Positions 40,436-49,770 of a stretch of DNA of 64,000 bases are shown piece by piece; the stretch's first letter is position 1, and each line of letters starts with the position of its first letter. The position numbers were made by a program, and so were the translations under genes. The notes beneath the pieces are model-generated. The model made no database searches, had not been told where the DNA came from, and saw only the letters and a list, made by a program, of their open reading frames with translations. This DNA is from Paramoeba atlantica (taxonomy: Eukaryota; Protista; Discosea), in NCBI GenBank assembly GCA_977017575.1, contig CDRNVI010000002.1, positions 62,001-126,000 of the forward strand, read 5' to 3'.

Positions 40436-43069
40436 TCATTTCACTTGAATGTGACAAATGCAGACATTAGCGATCTTCAAAAATAAATCAACATTTGCAT
40501 GAATCTCTACTAATGATTCCTTCAACGCAGTTCTTGAGTTTTGATTCATCATATCGAAAGCGATAACCATGGTCTTTACTGAATGTAGCACATCACTCAT
40601 CTGATCACATGGCATTTCGTTTATTAAATCTGGATTCAGAGGCCAACGATTTGGTGGGTTGCTCTCCTTTGTGAAGTGACAAACAAGCCTTCTTACCGTA
40701 TCGTGTGCTTCGAAGAACTCTTGTTGAATTTTCGTCTGTGTACCGTACATTTGTGACATAATCGGATAATCTGAGAAAAAATTTATTACCCTTCCTCTTA
40801 ATTGAGCCATGTCCTTTTTTATTGCCATATCGAACGTGTCCTCCATGCTTCGGTCGTCTATCAAAATCTGTTGCAACACGTGCCCTGCTTGGTCCTTCAT
40901 ATCCGCCAGCTCTTTGACTTCTGACTTCAGCATTTCAAGTCTTTCCTCAGCGGCACCAAGTTCACTGCGCAAGCCGTCTAGTTTTTCCTTCCGTTCCGCA
41001 ATTTCAGCCGCTGTTTTCTCTTCTTGTTGCAACATCTCGCGTTCCATCGAAGCCTTTTTCTTAAGAGTTTGGTGCTCGCACTCTTTTATCCAAGAAACCC
41101 ATTTTCGTAATGTGTATTGGCGTAGACGATTTGCCTCCATCGTGTAGAAACGGTCTGCAATACTTTGACAATTCGATTTTCTACGTCTTCTCAAAATCCA
41201 ATTCCGCCAATTAAAAAAATGCGATTCAAGCTGTGCAGTGCGTAAATATGAGTAATTGCAGGCCAACAATGCCATTTTACGATGATGACATTTTTCGAGG
41301 GACCAATTTCTCCATTTTTTAATGTAGACGGAGAGAAGAATTTTCTGTGTGAGTCTCTGAACAAACAATGCCATATTTTCATGCACGGGAACTTGATCAA
41401 CGTAAAAACTGCCCTGAGTTGGCTGCTCGCTTTGCGAGATATGGCGCTCATTCTGCTCCCGATGAAATTTATTCGAATACTGTTTCAGATAATCGATGTT
41501 ACGCTGGAGAGAAAAAGTCTGCCATCTTGTCCAATATTCAAGGAGTAAGACTTTGCATAACGCAGTTCGCGAATTGTTTGCATGAAGTAAACAGGTTTTT
41601 CGCAACTGATTGATAGGAATATTCCTCCGAAGTCGACAGAAATAACGTCGGCAGAATTGTAGAAGGGATTCTTTTCTCATTTGATTTATCCTCATGAGTT
41701 GATTGCGCATTTTACGCGCTTCAGAAGTGTGATGCCTCCACAAAGAGTAGATTCTCCGAAGAATATGCGTGTCCTGGAATGAGTGACCAATTTGTGAAAA
41801 TTCGGTTTTTAAGCTGTCAATATTCTTTTTTATTGTCACAGCATCTTTTTCCCAATTATCTATCTCCTTTGTACTTTGATGAAGAAAGGTAGTTTGGTCA
41901 TCTTCGATCCTGTTTCTCATTTCTCGTGTTGATTGCTCTCCTGTGGACCAAATATAATTTTGTCCGTTACTGGCGATAGACCAAACCACTGAGTTGTTGA
42001 TTAAGGAAAAAAAGTTGAACCTCGAAAACCTAAAACTAGAACCGCTTTCAACTGCCGGACGTAAGGTTTGTATGTGCATGAAACCAAGCGAATAACGCGT
42101 GTCATACATCTCGATGTTCTCTTGCGTAGAAGCCCATAATTTGTTATCTTTCGTATCCACCTGCATGAATCTTATCGGTTCGCCTGACTCTCTTAGACAT
42201 TGGAGCTTCTCTCCGGTTTTAACGCACCATGACAAAAGAGCGCCGCCTTCTAGGGAAGTAAATAAGGTAGTACCGTCAATGACAAGTGCCAAAGTAAGCT
42301 CGCAATGTATGGTGACAGGCTGTGTATTCTCATGAATGCGACTCATACACACTATTTCCCCAGTACCAGCGCCCACACAAATACATTCGGAATTTCCGAC
42401 AAGAGTGAGTGCGGCTGGGAGAAACAATATCTCACGAGTTTCTCCAGAAGTAAGACCCATCTGGATCACTGCGCCAGTGACAGAGATGCCCCAGCATGTA
42501 TCTTCATGATGTGTTGTGAAAGTTAAGCCCGACTCGGTTCCGAATGAAACCGTTCTCGAAAGGCAAAGCTTAACTGAATCGAATATCGAAACGAGTCCGG
42601 AGCTGTAGGAGACGAAGACATGAAGAAACGTACCCCATAGACTAATAATCTTTTGTTCAGTGGGATTTAAGTACATAAAGATGGGGTGCAGCGAACCGGA
42701 CCCGTCGATTGAAAACGCCCGAATAGAATTGTCGATCATACCGCACCAGATTTGAGAACACATACACGAAAAGTGTGCATGCGTGACATCAAGTTCCTCG
42801 GTGTGGAATGACCGCATTTCATAGGGATAAGGAGAAGGGACTGGATAAGTGGTTTTTTTGATGCCTGCGCTTTGTAAAGTGCGGCCACTCATGTGATCTG
42901 CACTGTTCGCTGAGCTACTTTGTAGGCTGCGTTCAAACTCAGTCAGTGCACTGAGTTTGTGATTGTTACGCAAACCAGACAAAAAACTTTTCATGGCTTT
43001 CGATTTAAGAACTGTTTTTCTGTTCCGAGCGACCCGCAAATCCGAATGGACGAGCGGCGAGGGTTCCAT
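40436..43069 (-). CDS. Hypothetical protein: WD40-like propeller, Sfi1-like W repeats and coiled coil
   Basis: Beta-rich W-containing N-terminal half; repeats IYSLWRHH, EYWTRWQ, IKKWRNW, FFNWRNW and LRKWVSW; then heptads. Confidence 0.55.
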   Translation of the reverse strand: MEPSPLVHSDLRVARNRKTVLKSKAMKSFLSGLRNNHKLSALTEFERSLQSSSANSADHMSGRTLQSAGIKKTTYPVPSPYPYEMRSFHTEELDVTHAHFSCMCSQIWCGMIDNSIRAFSIDGSGSLHPIFMYLNPTEQKIISLWGTFLHVFVSYSSGLVSIFDSVKLCLSRTVSFGTESGLTFTTHHEDTCWGISVTGAVIQMGLTSGETREILFLPAALTLVGNSECICVGAGTGEIVCMSRIHENTQPVTIHCELTLALVIDGTTLFTSLEGGALLSWCVKTGEKLQCLRESGEPIRFMQVDTKDNKLWASTQENIEMYDTRYSLGFMHIQTLRPAVESGSSFRFSRFNFFSLINNSVVWSIASNGQNYIWSTGEQSTREMRNRIEDDQTTFLHQSTKEIDNWEKDAVTIKKNIDSLKTEFSQIGHSFQDTHILRRIYSLWRHHTSEARKMRNQLMRINQMRKESLLQFCRRYFCRLRRNIPINQLRKTCLLHANNSRTALCKVLLLEYWTRWQTFSLQRNIDYLKQYSNKFHREQNERHISQSEQPTQGSFYVDQVPVHENMALFVQRLTQKILLSVYIKKWRNWSLEKCHHRKMALLACNYSYLRTAQLESHFFNWRNWILRRRRKSNCQSIADRFYTMEANRLRQYTLRKWVSWIKECEHQTLKKKASMEREMLQQEEKTAAEIAERKEKLDGLRSELGAAEERLEMLKSEVKELADMKDQAGHVLQQILIDDRSMEDTFDMAIKKDMAQLRGRVINFFSDYPIMSQMYGTQTKIQQEFFEAHDTVRRLVCHFTKESNPPNRWPLNPDLINEMPCDQMSDVLHSVKTMVIAFDMMNQNSRTALKESLVEIHANVDLFLKIANVCICHIQVK

Positions 43070-43588
43070 TTTTGAACAACTGTCTTAAAAAAGATTAATA
43101 CTTCTATACAAAAAAGAAGCTAAAAATAACTTATTTTTGGGTTCAAAATAAGTACATTAAATAAAGACACAAGTAACTTCCTACGTTTGTTCTGCTGAGA
43201 CCATACGATTACCAAAAGAAAATTTCATTCTACTTCCCACTCTTGCATGAAGAGTGTTGGAAGGAGATGTGAAGACATAAAATTATGATATTCTCCATCG
43301 AACGGCTCATTGAAACATATATTTCGGAGAGAAACAGTTCCAGTGCATCAAAATACAAGCGTGCAGAGTTCCCCAAATTTCTTCGTTAAGGTATGTTGGT
43401 TGAATTACTTCAGTTTATTTAACTTAACTTAACTGTAGTTTAGTAGTATTAGTAATAGTAACGCTGCTGTTGTTTAGCCAAAAAGGAAAATACAAATTAC
43501 AGGATTTTAGCTTTGCAATGAGCTTCGACACTGTACAAAAAATCTACGAAACGGGAGACCACCCACCCCATAGAAATCCCGTTCAATA

Positions 43589-46500
43589 CTATCCGCAAGA
43601 CTGCAACATTCTTTGTGACGGAGCACTTGTTTCTACTGTTCGTGTGTTCCATTCTGGGAGTTTCTCTGCTGTCTGACTCAGCGACACAACGTGGTCCTGT
43701 GTGATCCAGCCTAGATCTACCAGACGACGGACCCGGCCCGATTCCGATAACCATTGGGTGTCTTGTAGATCAATCCCCAACTCACGTAGAGAATTCAATG
43801 CTTTGCAAATATGTTCCCGCGACTTCATATTCGCATTTCTTATGGATCTGGGTAGGTTTATCAAAATTGTGGCCACAGCTTCGTCATCTGATTCCGTCTT
43901 TTCCCGAAGCGCTGTTGCCAATGTAAAATTTGCAAGAAACGATGATACCGAATTCTTGCGAATAGCATCCATTGAAAGCGAACGAACGTAGTCCAATGTC
44001 TCGGAGGAAAAAATAGATGATTGTTGCTGAATTATTGCCATAGAGGCGTATATACGACAGATAACCGGGTGCAGGGACGGTAGTCGTAATTCCTGTAACT
44101 TTGGGACCAAGAACTTTATATGATGTTCGTGTACTATTTCGCATGTTGCCATCGTATCCAGTGTACGATCAATAACACGGGCTACACGTACCTCATTGGC
44201 GCCCTTCTTACTAGGAAAACGATCTTTATGTGCCTCCCATAGCTCTTCGAGCTTCAAAGGATCCTTGAAGCCCAGTCGTACAAGCGCATGTATCGCCGAG
44301 TTGATTTCTAGAAGAGCAATGTCAGAAGTGTCGAAGAACGATCGAATTCTATCATAGAAAGATTCAAGAAAATCACTTCCATACTTGTGGTTGCTCATAA
44401 ATGTCGCTCGTAATACGAAGATGACATCGTGAATGGTCATTTCGGTAGCTTGTTGATGAATATCGTCGAGAATATCGTGTACTATCTTTGGAAGGGCCGC
44501 TCGTCCACCTTGTATACAAATAACGCAAAGCGAATATGCAATTTGGGCCTTATGAGAACCGGACGCTGTGGAACGCACTGTTGCAATTCGATACGCGAGA
44601 GCATCAAGAAAATTTCCGGTAACGCAAGGAGCTGATGTTTCTAATCGCTCCAAAACGGTAGCGAGGTCTCGAGGCCCAGCTCTGTCTACCCACGTGCACC
44701 CGCGAGCATCACGGTCTGTAATAAGTTTGTGTGTCAATGGTTCGTAATCAATGAAAAGCTTTCTCAAGTAGTATAAAAGATTGCCCATATCTACGTACTC
44801 GGACGTACCAGAAGAAATTTCGTAAGTCCGCGTTATGAGAGCCTCTGGTATCATATCTTTCGGACAATCCATGCGAGCCAGAGCCCGCCATATGTACATA
44901 ATGTCCCGAAACTCACAAATCTCAAAGTCTTTCGACAGGCTTAGCACATAGCGCACCAAATCCATAGGGACTGGTTGGCATAGCATTGCAAGGGAGTATA
45001 AATGTGAATGAATATCTTCAGGTCTGATACCATTTGGAAAGGGTAATTTCGGAATCTTTTGCATTATCCGAAGAGCCAAATCACTCGGTGGGCCTGAAGA
45101 CGACGCAAGCCCGGCCATTGTTACCCCGAGACTTCCCAAAGTGAACTCACCTCGATCTAACGCTATGCTCACCGAGGTCAATATTAACTGATGGAGCTCA
45201 GTGTCGGTACTGTGGTTCGTAACCGCCTTCGCTCTAGAAATGCGTTGTAGCTCTTCGGCGCGAGGCGCATTTTGTATGTTTCTCTGCAGGATAGCACGCG
45301 CCCTCTTCCAAAGCATACTGGTTGCCTGTTTATTGTGTTCGTAGCACCCGGTTGAGTGCAGGGCGATAAGAATCTTCGAAGCAGCGATAAGAGAGAAATC
45401 GTTGACCACTGGAATCAAGGCGTCGCATAGACATTCAGTTACTGGAGGCAGATCACGGCAGTGGGCCCGGGAACTATAAAGCGCGAGAAACAAAGAGCAC
45501 ACATCGGCTGCATCCAACGGATACGTACATAAATCTTCAGCCAACTTTAAGTGCGGGAGTGGAGATATATCTTTTGGGTGCATCATATGAATCCGCGCCA
45601 AGCCAAGAACCAAGTGTGCTCCTTGCTTCACCGACATGCACCAATTTGGGTTCGAATCCCTCCGGCTTCCGGCCCTTTTTCTTTCTCTTCCCTGTCCAGC
45701 GGCAATAATGGTCTCATACAGCAACTTTGCCGGCCGCATCGGGTAGGACACTTTTAGGTGATACATGGAATCCAATAATGAAGAGGCGTAGTCGTAAGGC
45801 AACTCATTCAAATTGGCAAGTATGACGTTGTCAAGAAGATAGTGCGTTGCACTGTCTCGAAGCTCAGTCTTCGGCAGCTTATTGAAGTAGTGAAGGACTC
45901 GGATAGCATCAAGACGCCTCCATTCCTTTCTCTGCTCCACGAAGCCAAGAATGGTGGTAACATACTTGGGAGAGACATTTTTTAGTTGCGTGCAGGAACG
46001 AATAATCGTGAAATGGGCTTCTGAGTTGTACCCACTGATGTGTTTCACAACCTTTTCCAGTAGTTTATCAACTTTTTGAGCCTCCGGAGCAATACACGTC
46101 AGTGCGATTAGTGTCCATAAGATTTGCTGTCGATCAAGCTTTTCTAAAAATCCCTGTTCTACCATGTAGTCCCACAAGGCGAGACCTGCTTTGGGAGCAG
46201 TTACATAAGGCTGCAATTTGTTCATCGAACCGAAAATGGATGTCGCCTCAGGAGGTTTGAACTCTGACAGTCGTAGTGGAATCATCTCCAGAAAAGGCAT
46301 TATTGCAGAAGAATGACGGAAGTCGGTACGTACGATGTTGAGCAACAAATTGTTCAGCAAACGAGGACTGAGTTCGTGTCGTTTCTTTTTCAGAAGTCCT
46401 AGCAAAAGGGCTATGTTCTTTTGGCTCCTAAAAATTTCGCATGAACTGTCGTTCGAGAGGGACATATAGCGTAGGGCCTCAATACATTCTTCTTTGGTCA

Positions 46501-46777
46501 AATTACTTGCCTCGCACAAAATTAGTTCAAATATGTCGGCGGCCGCTTTTTGGTTAAGCCCGTCTAATAAATTAAATGCAGAAAGGCATTTAAAGCAGTC
46601 TCTCGGACACTTCTGCTCTTTGCACCGAAGAAAGTTATTCGCAATACGTGCTGCAGTCACCACATCGTGCACTACCAGTGGCAGAACAAATAACGCACGA
46701 GAAATATAATGACTATCGGATTTGATTTGAACAGCGCGACGTAGAATGAGCTCCAAGACGTGGGGCAAGGTCCGCAT
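43589..46777 (-). CDS. Large alpha-helical repeat protein (OPR/HPR/FASTK-like), probably mitochondrial RNA-binding
   Basis: 1062 aa, almost all helical, with repeated motifs such as DVCSLFLAL, DIMYIWRALARM and DVIFVLRA. No catalytic motif seen. Confidence 0.5.
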   Translation of the reverse strand: MRTLPHVLELILRRAVQIKSDSHYISRALFVLPLVVHDVVTAARIANNFLRCKEQKCPRDCFKCLSAFNLLDGLNQKAAADIFELILCEASNLTKEECIEALRYMSLSNDSSCEIFRSQKNIALLLGLLKKKRHELSPRLLNNLLLNIVRTDFRHSSAIMPFLEMIPLRLSEFKPPEATSIFGSMNKLQPYVTAPKAGLALWDYMVEQGFLEKLDRQQILWTLIALTCIAPEAQKVDKLLEKVVKHISGYNSEAHFTIIRSCTQLKNVSPKYVTTILGFVEQRKEWRRLDAIRVLHYFNKLPKTELRDSATHYLLDNVILANLNELPYDYASSLLDSMYHLKVSYPMRPAKLLYETIIAAGQGRERKRAGSRRDSNPNWCMSVKQGAHLVLGLARIHMMHPKDISPLPHLKLAEDLCTYPLDAADVCSLFLALYSSRAHCRDLPPVTECLCDALIPVVNDFSLIAASKILIALHSTGCYEHNKQATSMLWKRARAILQRNIQNAPRAEELQRISRAKAVTNHSTDTELHQLILTSVSIALDRGEFTLGSLGVTMAGLASSSGPPSDLALRIMQKIPKLPFPNGIRPEDIHSHLYSLAMLCQPVPMDLVRYVLSLSKDFEICEFRDIMYIWRALARMDCPKDMIPEALITRTYEISSGTSEYVDMGNLLYYLRKLFIDYEPLTHKLITDRDARGCTWVDRAGPRDLATVLERLETSAPCVTGNFLDALAYRIATVRSTASGSHKAQIAYSLCVICIQGGRAALPKIVHDILDDIHQQATEMTIHDVIFVLRATFMSNHKYGSDFLESFYDRIRSFFDTSDIALLEINSAIHALVRLGFKDPLKLEELWEAHKDRFPSKKGANEVRVARVIDRTLDTMATCEIVHEHHIKFLVPKLQELRLPSLHPVICRIYASMAIIQQQSSIFSSETLDYVRSLSMDAIRKNSVSSFLANFTLATALREKTESDDEAVATILINLPRSIRNANMKSREHICKALNSLRELGIDLQDTQWLSESGRVRRLVDLGWITQDHVVSLSQTAEKLPEWNTRTVETSAPSQRMLQSCG

Positions 46778-47269
46778 AGATTAAATTAATACTCTGTTTC
46801 AAATATTCATATCACACTATATTACTTAGGTACACTGTATCAACCTCAGTGTGTCTCAATGTACAGACGTATTACAGGTATACGAACCTCAGTGTATCAC
46901 AGACGGAGCATGAGCATTCATGATTTAGAATGTACAAGCTATTCCATATTAAACTATTCTTATAAAAACCAGCGACTACATTGCAACATGAATGCTAGGC
47001 TATGGTGACTCGTTCTATACACTCTCCTCGGATATTCCTTAACATGGACTCCGGGTTCCTCCTTGCCCTCTCACATGGTCAATCCTTGATCTACCAACGA
47101 AAAGTCAAACCTTGGTGACCATCTGCAAAAATCGCCCTCACCAAGCGGCAAAGAAAGAACCGCACTTCCTCGACGAGCCGCCGATAAGCCGTTATCTTTG
47201 ATTAAAGATTTTATGGTGGATGCCAACTTTGTTAATATTGTTGATGCCAACATTTTCCAAAGTGAACCC

Positions 47270-48150
47270 CCACCACTCAACCCCCCCCCCCCTTTACGGC
47301 GCGCTCCACTCCATGCTCCGTATCATCGGTTCCCGGTTCGTCCGCGCCATGTCATACGGCCACGCCTGCGGGTGGAACAGCTCCGCGCGGGGCTGGGGCT
47401 GCTGGGTCTGCATCCACGACCCGTCCTCCTCATACGGCGTGTCCTTCGCGCCGCCCGGGACGTGCTGCACGGGCCAGTGCGGGTTGTGGCGGTACGCGGG
47501 GGCGAGCTCGGTGGTGGGGCTCAGCTCGGGGTCCAGGTGGTGCCGGGTGTAGGACTGCCAGGAGTCTTCCCCGGGGACGAGGGCCGCGGCCCGGGGGAAG
47601 GCTTTGTCGGGGCCGTAGCGAAACTCAAAGGGGAACTTGTCCGCGGTGGGGGGGAGGGGGGAGAGGGCGGCGGGGGTGAGGCCGTGGTGACGGACGGCCG
47701 CGCGGGTGTTGCGGAGGTAGGCCTGGGTGACGGTGGGGGGGAGCAGCCAGGGGTGGGTGGAGGGGCGCTTGTGGAGGGATGAGGGGGGGACGGTGAGGGA
47801 GGGGGTGAGGTGGGCGAGGGGGGGTGGGGGGAGGGGAGTTACCGCAGCGGGAGGGGATTCGTTGGGAAGAGATGAGGAGGGATCCGTGTTGGGGGGGCTA
47901 CGCTGTGGTGTGGTGGTTAAAGAGGAAGGGGTTGTGGGTATGGGGTTGTGGTGTTTTTCCCAAATCTGGGGATTGGCCTCACGCAGGGCGTCCTCGGTGC
48001 ATCCGAGTCGAGAGGCAATGGAGGTCCATGTGTCGCTGGGGTATACCTTTTCGTAGGGTTCAGTAAGAGTTGGGGCGGGAGATGCGTTTTCTGTCTCGGA
48101 GGCACGTGCTTTTTCACGGGAGAGGGAGCCGACGTAGGTAGGTCCCGGGG
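47270..48150. other. GC-rich island with C-to-G skew switch (about 47360)
   Basis: C-run at about 47281-92 just beyond the stop codon; 47761-47820 has 40 G and 4 C. Confidence 0.7.
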
Positions 48151-49510
48151 CCTTCCAGTCCAACGCAAATGAAAACACGCGATGGTATGTTGCGTCAGGT
48201 GGTGTTACGGGGTCGTGCAGGACCGGAAATTTTTCGAAATCAAGAACAAGATTCCTTTTCAAGGTGGTGTGATATTCCACTGTGCACTCTCGATGAATCC
48301 ACAGCCGAGTGTCTTTTACGCGTCTCTCAAGCTGCGTGTCATTAAAAGGCATGGGTAGTGTAATCGTGCGAAAAAATCTGCGCCACTCATAGACGCGGGT
48401 ACTCATTTCCTTCTCATAGTGAGAACCGTAGCAAGTCTGTGAACTCCAAAAAGCCTCAGGTCGATAGTATGGTTCCATTTCTTTCACCTCTGGGTATTGC
48501 CCGCTAGAAACCCTCGCAAGACAATGCTGACATTGTTGCTCCAGATTCTCCAAGTAGGTAAGATAGAAACTTCGTATTTCCCGAGGGCAGTAACCCCCGT
48601 CTTCTGTTTCAAGTTCCTGGAGAAGCTCTCTCCAACGTGGATCTTCAGAACGTAATTCGCTGCTTCCCTGGGTTTCACTTATCTGGGCTTGAAGACTCTC
48701 AATCTTCTCCTCCAGAGTCGTTTTTGCAATAGCCGCGATAAAGGTTTTAAAATCTTCCGCACAGAGCTTCGCTTGATGATCCCAGTTGGCACAAACCAGT
48801 ACCATATAGAGAACTTCCGCATCCTCACGCCACGTAAATCGACGCAGGCGGTGTTTGGTGCGCTCATACTCCCGAAGGTCTCGTACGTCATAGTAGTACG
48901 GAAAGAGTGGATCCACGGGTCGGGCCCCGGCACCCGGGAGCAGTGGTTCAAGACGCCCCGCATCCCGCTGCACACTCAGCGGGGAGCAGTGCTCCCTTCG
49001 GTGAATCTCCTTTGCCAGAATCCGGTCCATCATGGTGCACGGCGAGGGAGTAAGCTTTTCCCTGGCCCGTTGCGCGTGTTTAGGGTTCCTCGCGCAGTCG
49101 AGCTGAGCCAGAAACAGGTCACGATGGGGGAGGCTTGCGGGTCCGTAGGCCGCGGGCTTCTCATAAAGCTCTTGAAGCTGTGCTCTGGCACGTCGGTCAA
49201 ATTCGGGAAAGAGCCGGAAACGATACGCCCCCTCGGGGGCCTCCGCGGCGTGTGGGGTGACGGTGGCACGTGAGAGGGATTTGGAGAGACTGAACCACGC
49301 GTCGATCCAGTGGCGCTCCGGCACGTCAGGCATCGTACCGGAGGGGCCACGAATGCTGGAGGGGAAGGAGTTCTCCACTTGGTCGTAGAAAATTTTCGTC
49401 TTTTGCGCGTTCAGTGGTTGTGGTGCCCCGTCGGGGGGTGGACCCTCCGTGGATACGGGGTGTTGTAGGTGTACGTGTTCAAGAAAGTAGATGGGAAGGG
49501 TCCGGTACAT
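47294..49510 (-). CDS. LysM-domain protein, probably mitochondrial
   Basis: EKVYPSDTWTSIASRLGCTEDALREANP (about 47969-48055) matches the LysM consensus; the rest is W/Y/R-rich. Confidence 0.6.
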   Translation of the reverse strand: MYRTLPIYFLEHVHLQHPVSTEGPPPDGAPQPLNAQKTKIFYDQVENSFPSSIRGPSGTMPDVPERHWIDAWFSLSKSLSRATVTPHAAEAPEGAYRFRLFPEFDRRARAQLQELYEKPAAYGPASLPHRDLFLAQLDCARNPKHAQRAREKLTPSPCTMMDRILAKEIHRREHCSPLSVQRDAGRLEPLLPGAGARPVDPLFPYYYDVRDLREYERTKHRLRRFTWREDAEVLYMVLVCANWDHQAKLCAEDFKTFIAAIAKTTLEEKIESLQAQISETQGSSELRSEDPRWRELLQELETEDGGYCPREIRSFYLTYLENLEQQCQHCLARVSSGQYPEVKEMEPYYRPEAFWSSQTCYGSHYEKEMSTRVYEWRRFFRTITLPMPFNDTQLERRVKDTRLWIHRECTVEYHTTLKRNLVLDFEKFPVLHDPVTPPDATYHRVFSFALDWKAPGPTYVGSLSREKARASETENASPAPTLTEPYEKVYPSDTWTSIASRLGCTEDALREANPQIWEKHHNPIPTTPSSLTTTPQRSPPNTDPSSSLPNESPPAAVTPLPPPPLAHLTPSLTVPPSSLHKRPSTHPWLLPPTVTQAYLRNTRAAVRHHGLTPAALSPLPPTADKFPFEFRYGPDKAFPRAAALVPGEDSWQSYTRHHLDPELSPTTELAPAYRHNPHWPVQHVPGGAKDTPYEEDGSWMQTQQPQPRAELFHPQAWPYDMARTNREPMIRSMEWSAP

Positions 49511-49770
49511 GGGGAATGGTGGTAGATGGGGGGTGAAAGAAAGTCTGACGCTGAAGAAATACTAACTAAAGAATACCCTTTTTAACGTATTTTCTGCTAC
49601 GTTTAGATTAAACGTGGGATACAAAAGCACACAAGAACGCTGTACATTACTACCCGTTGTAAACATTTTCTTCGGGTGAACAAGTATACCATTTTTAATC
49701 GAATTGGAGTTTATATTTCACTCATGGGAATACAGGACATGGGTAATGAACGATAAAGCATTTCGACTGA

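Noticed and set aside
45648-45660. GGGTTCGAATCCC, a perfect tRNA T-arm/B-box on the + strand
   Set aside because: No A-box, D-arm, anticodon arm or acceptor stem; lies antisense inside a long CDS (encodes RDSNP).
46980-47280. C-rich spacer that looked like a decayed coding relic (for example GLSAARRGSA, reminiscent of a tyrosine recombinase)
   Set aside because: No frame yields a coherent motif set; composition is explained as the left arm of the adjacent skew island.
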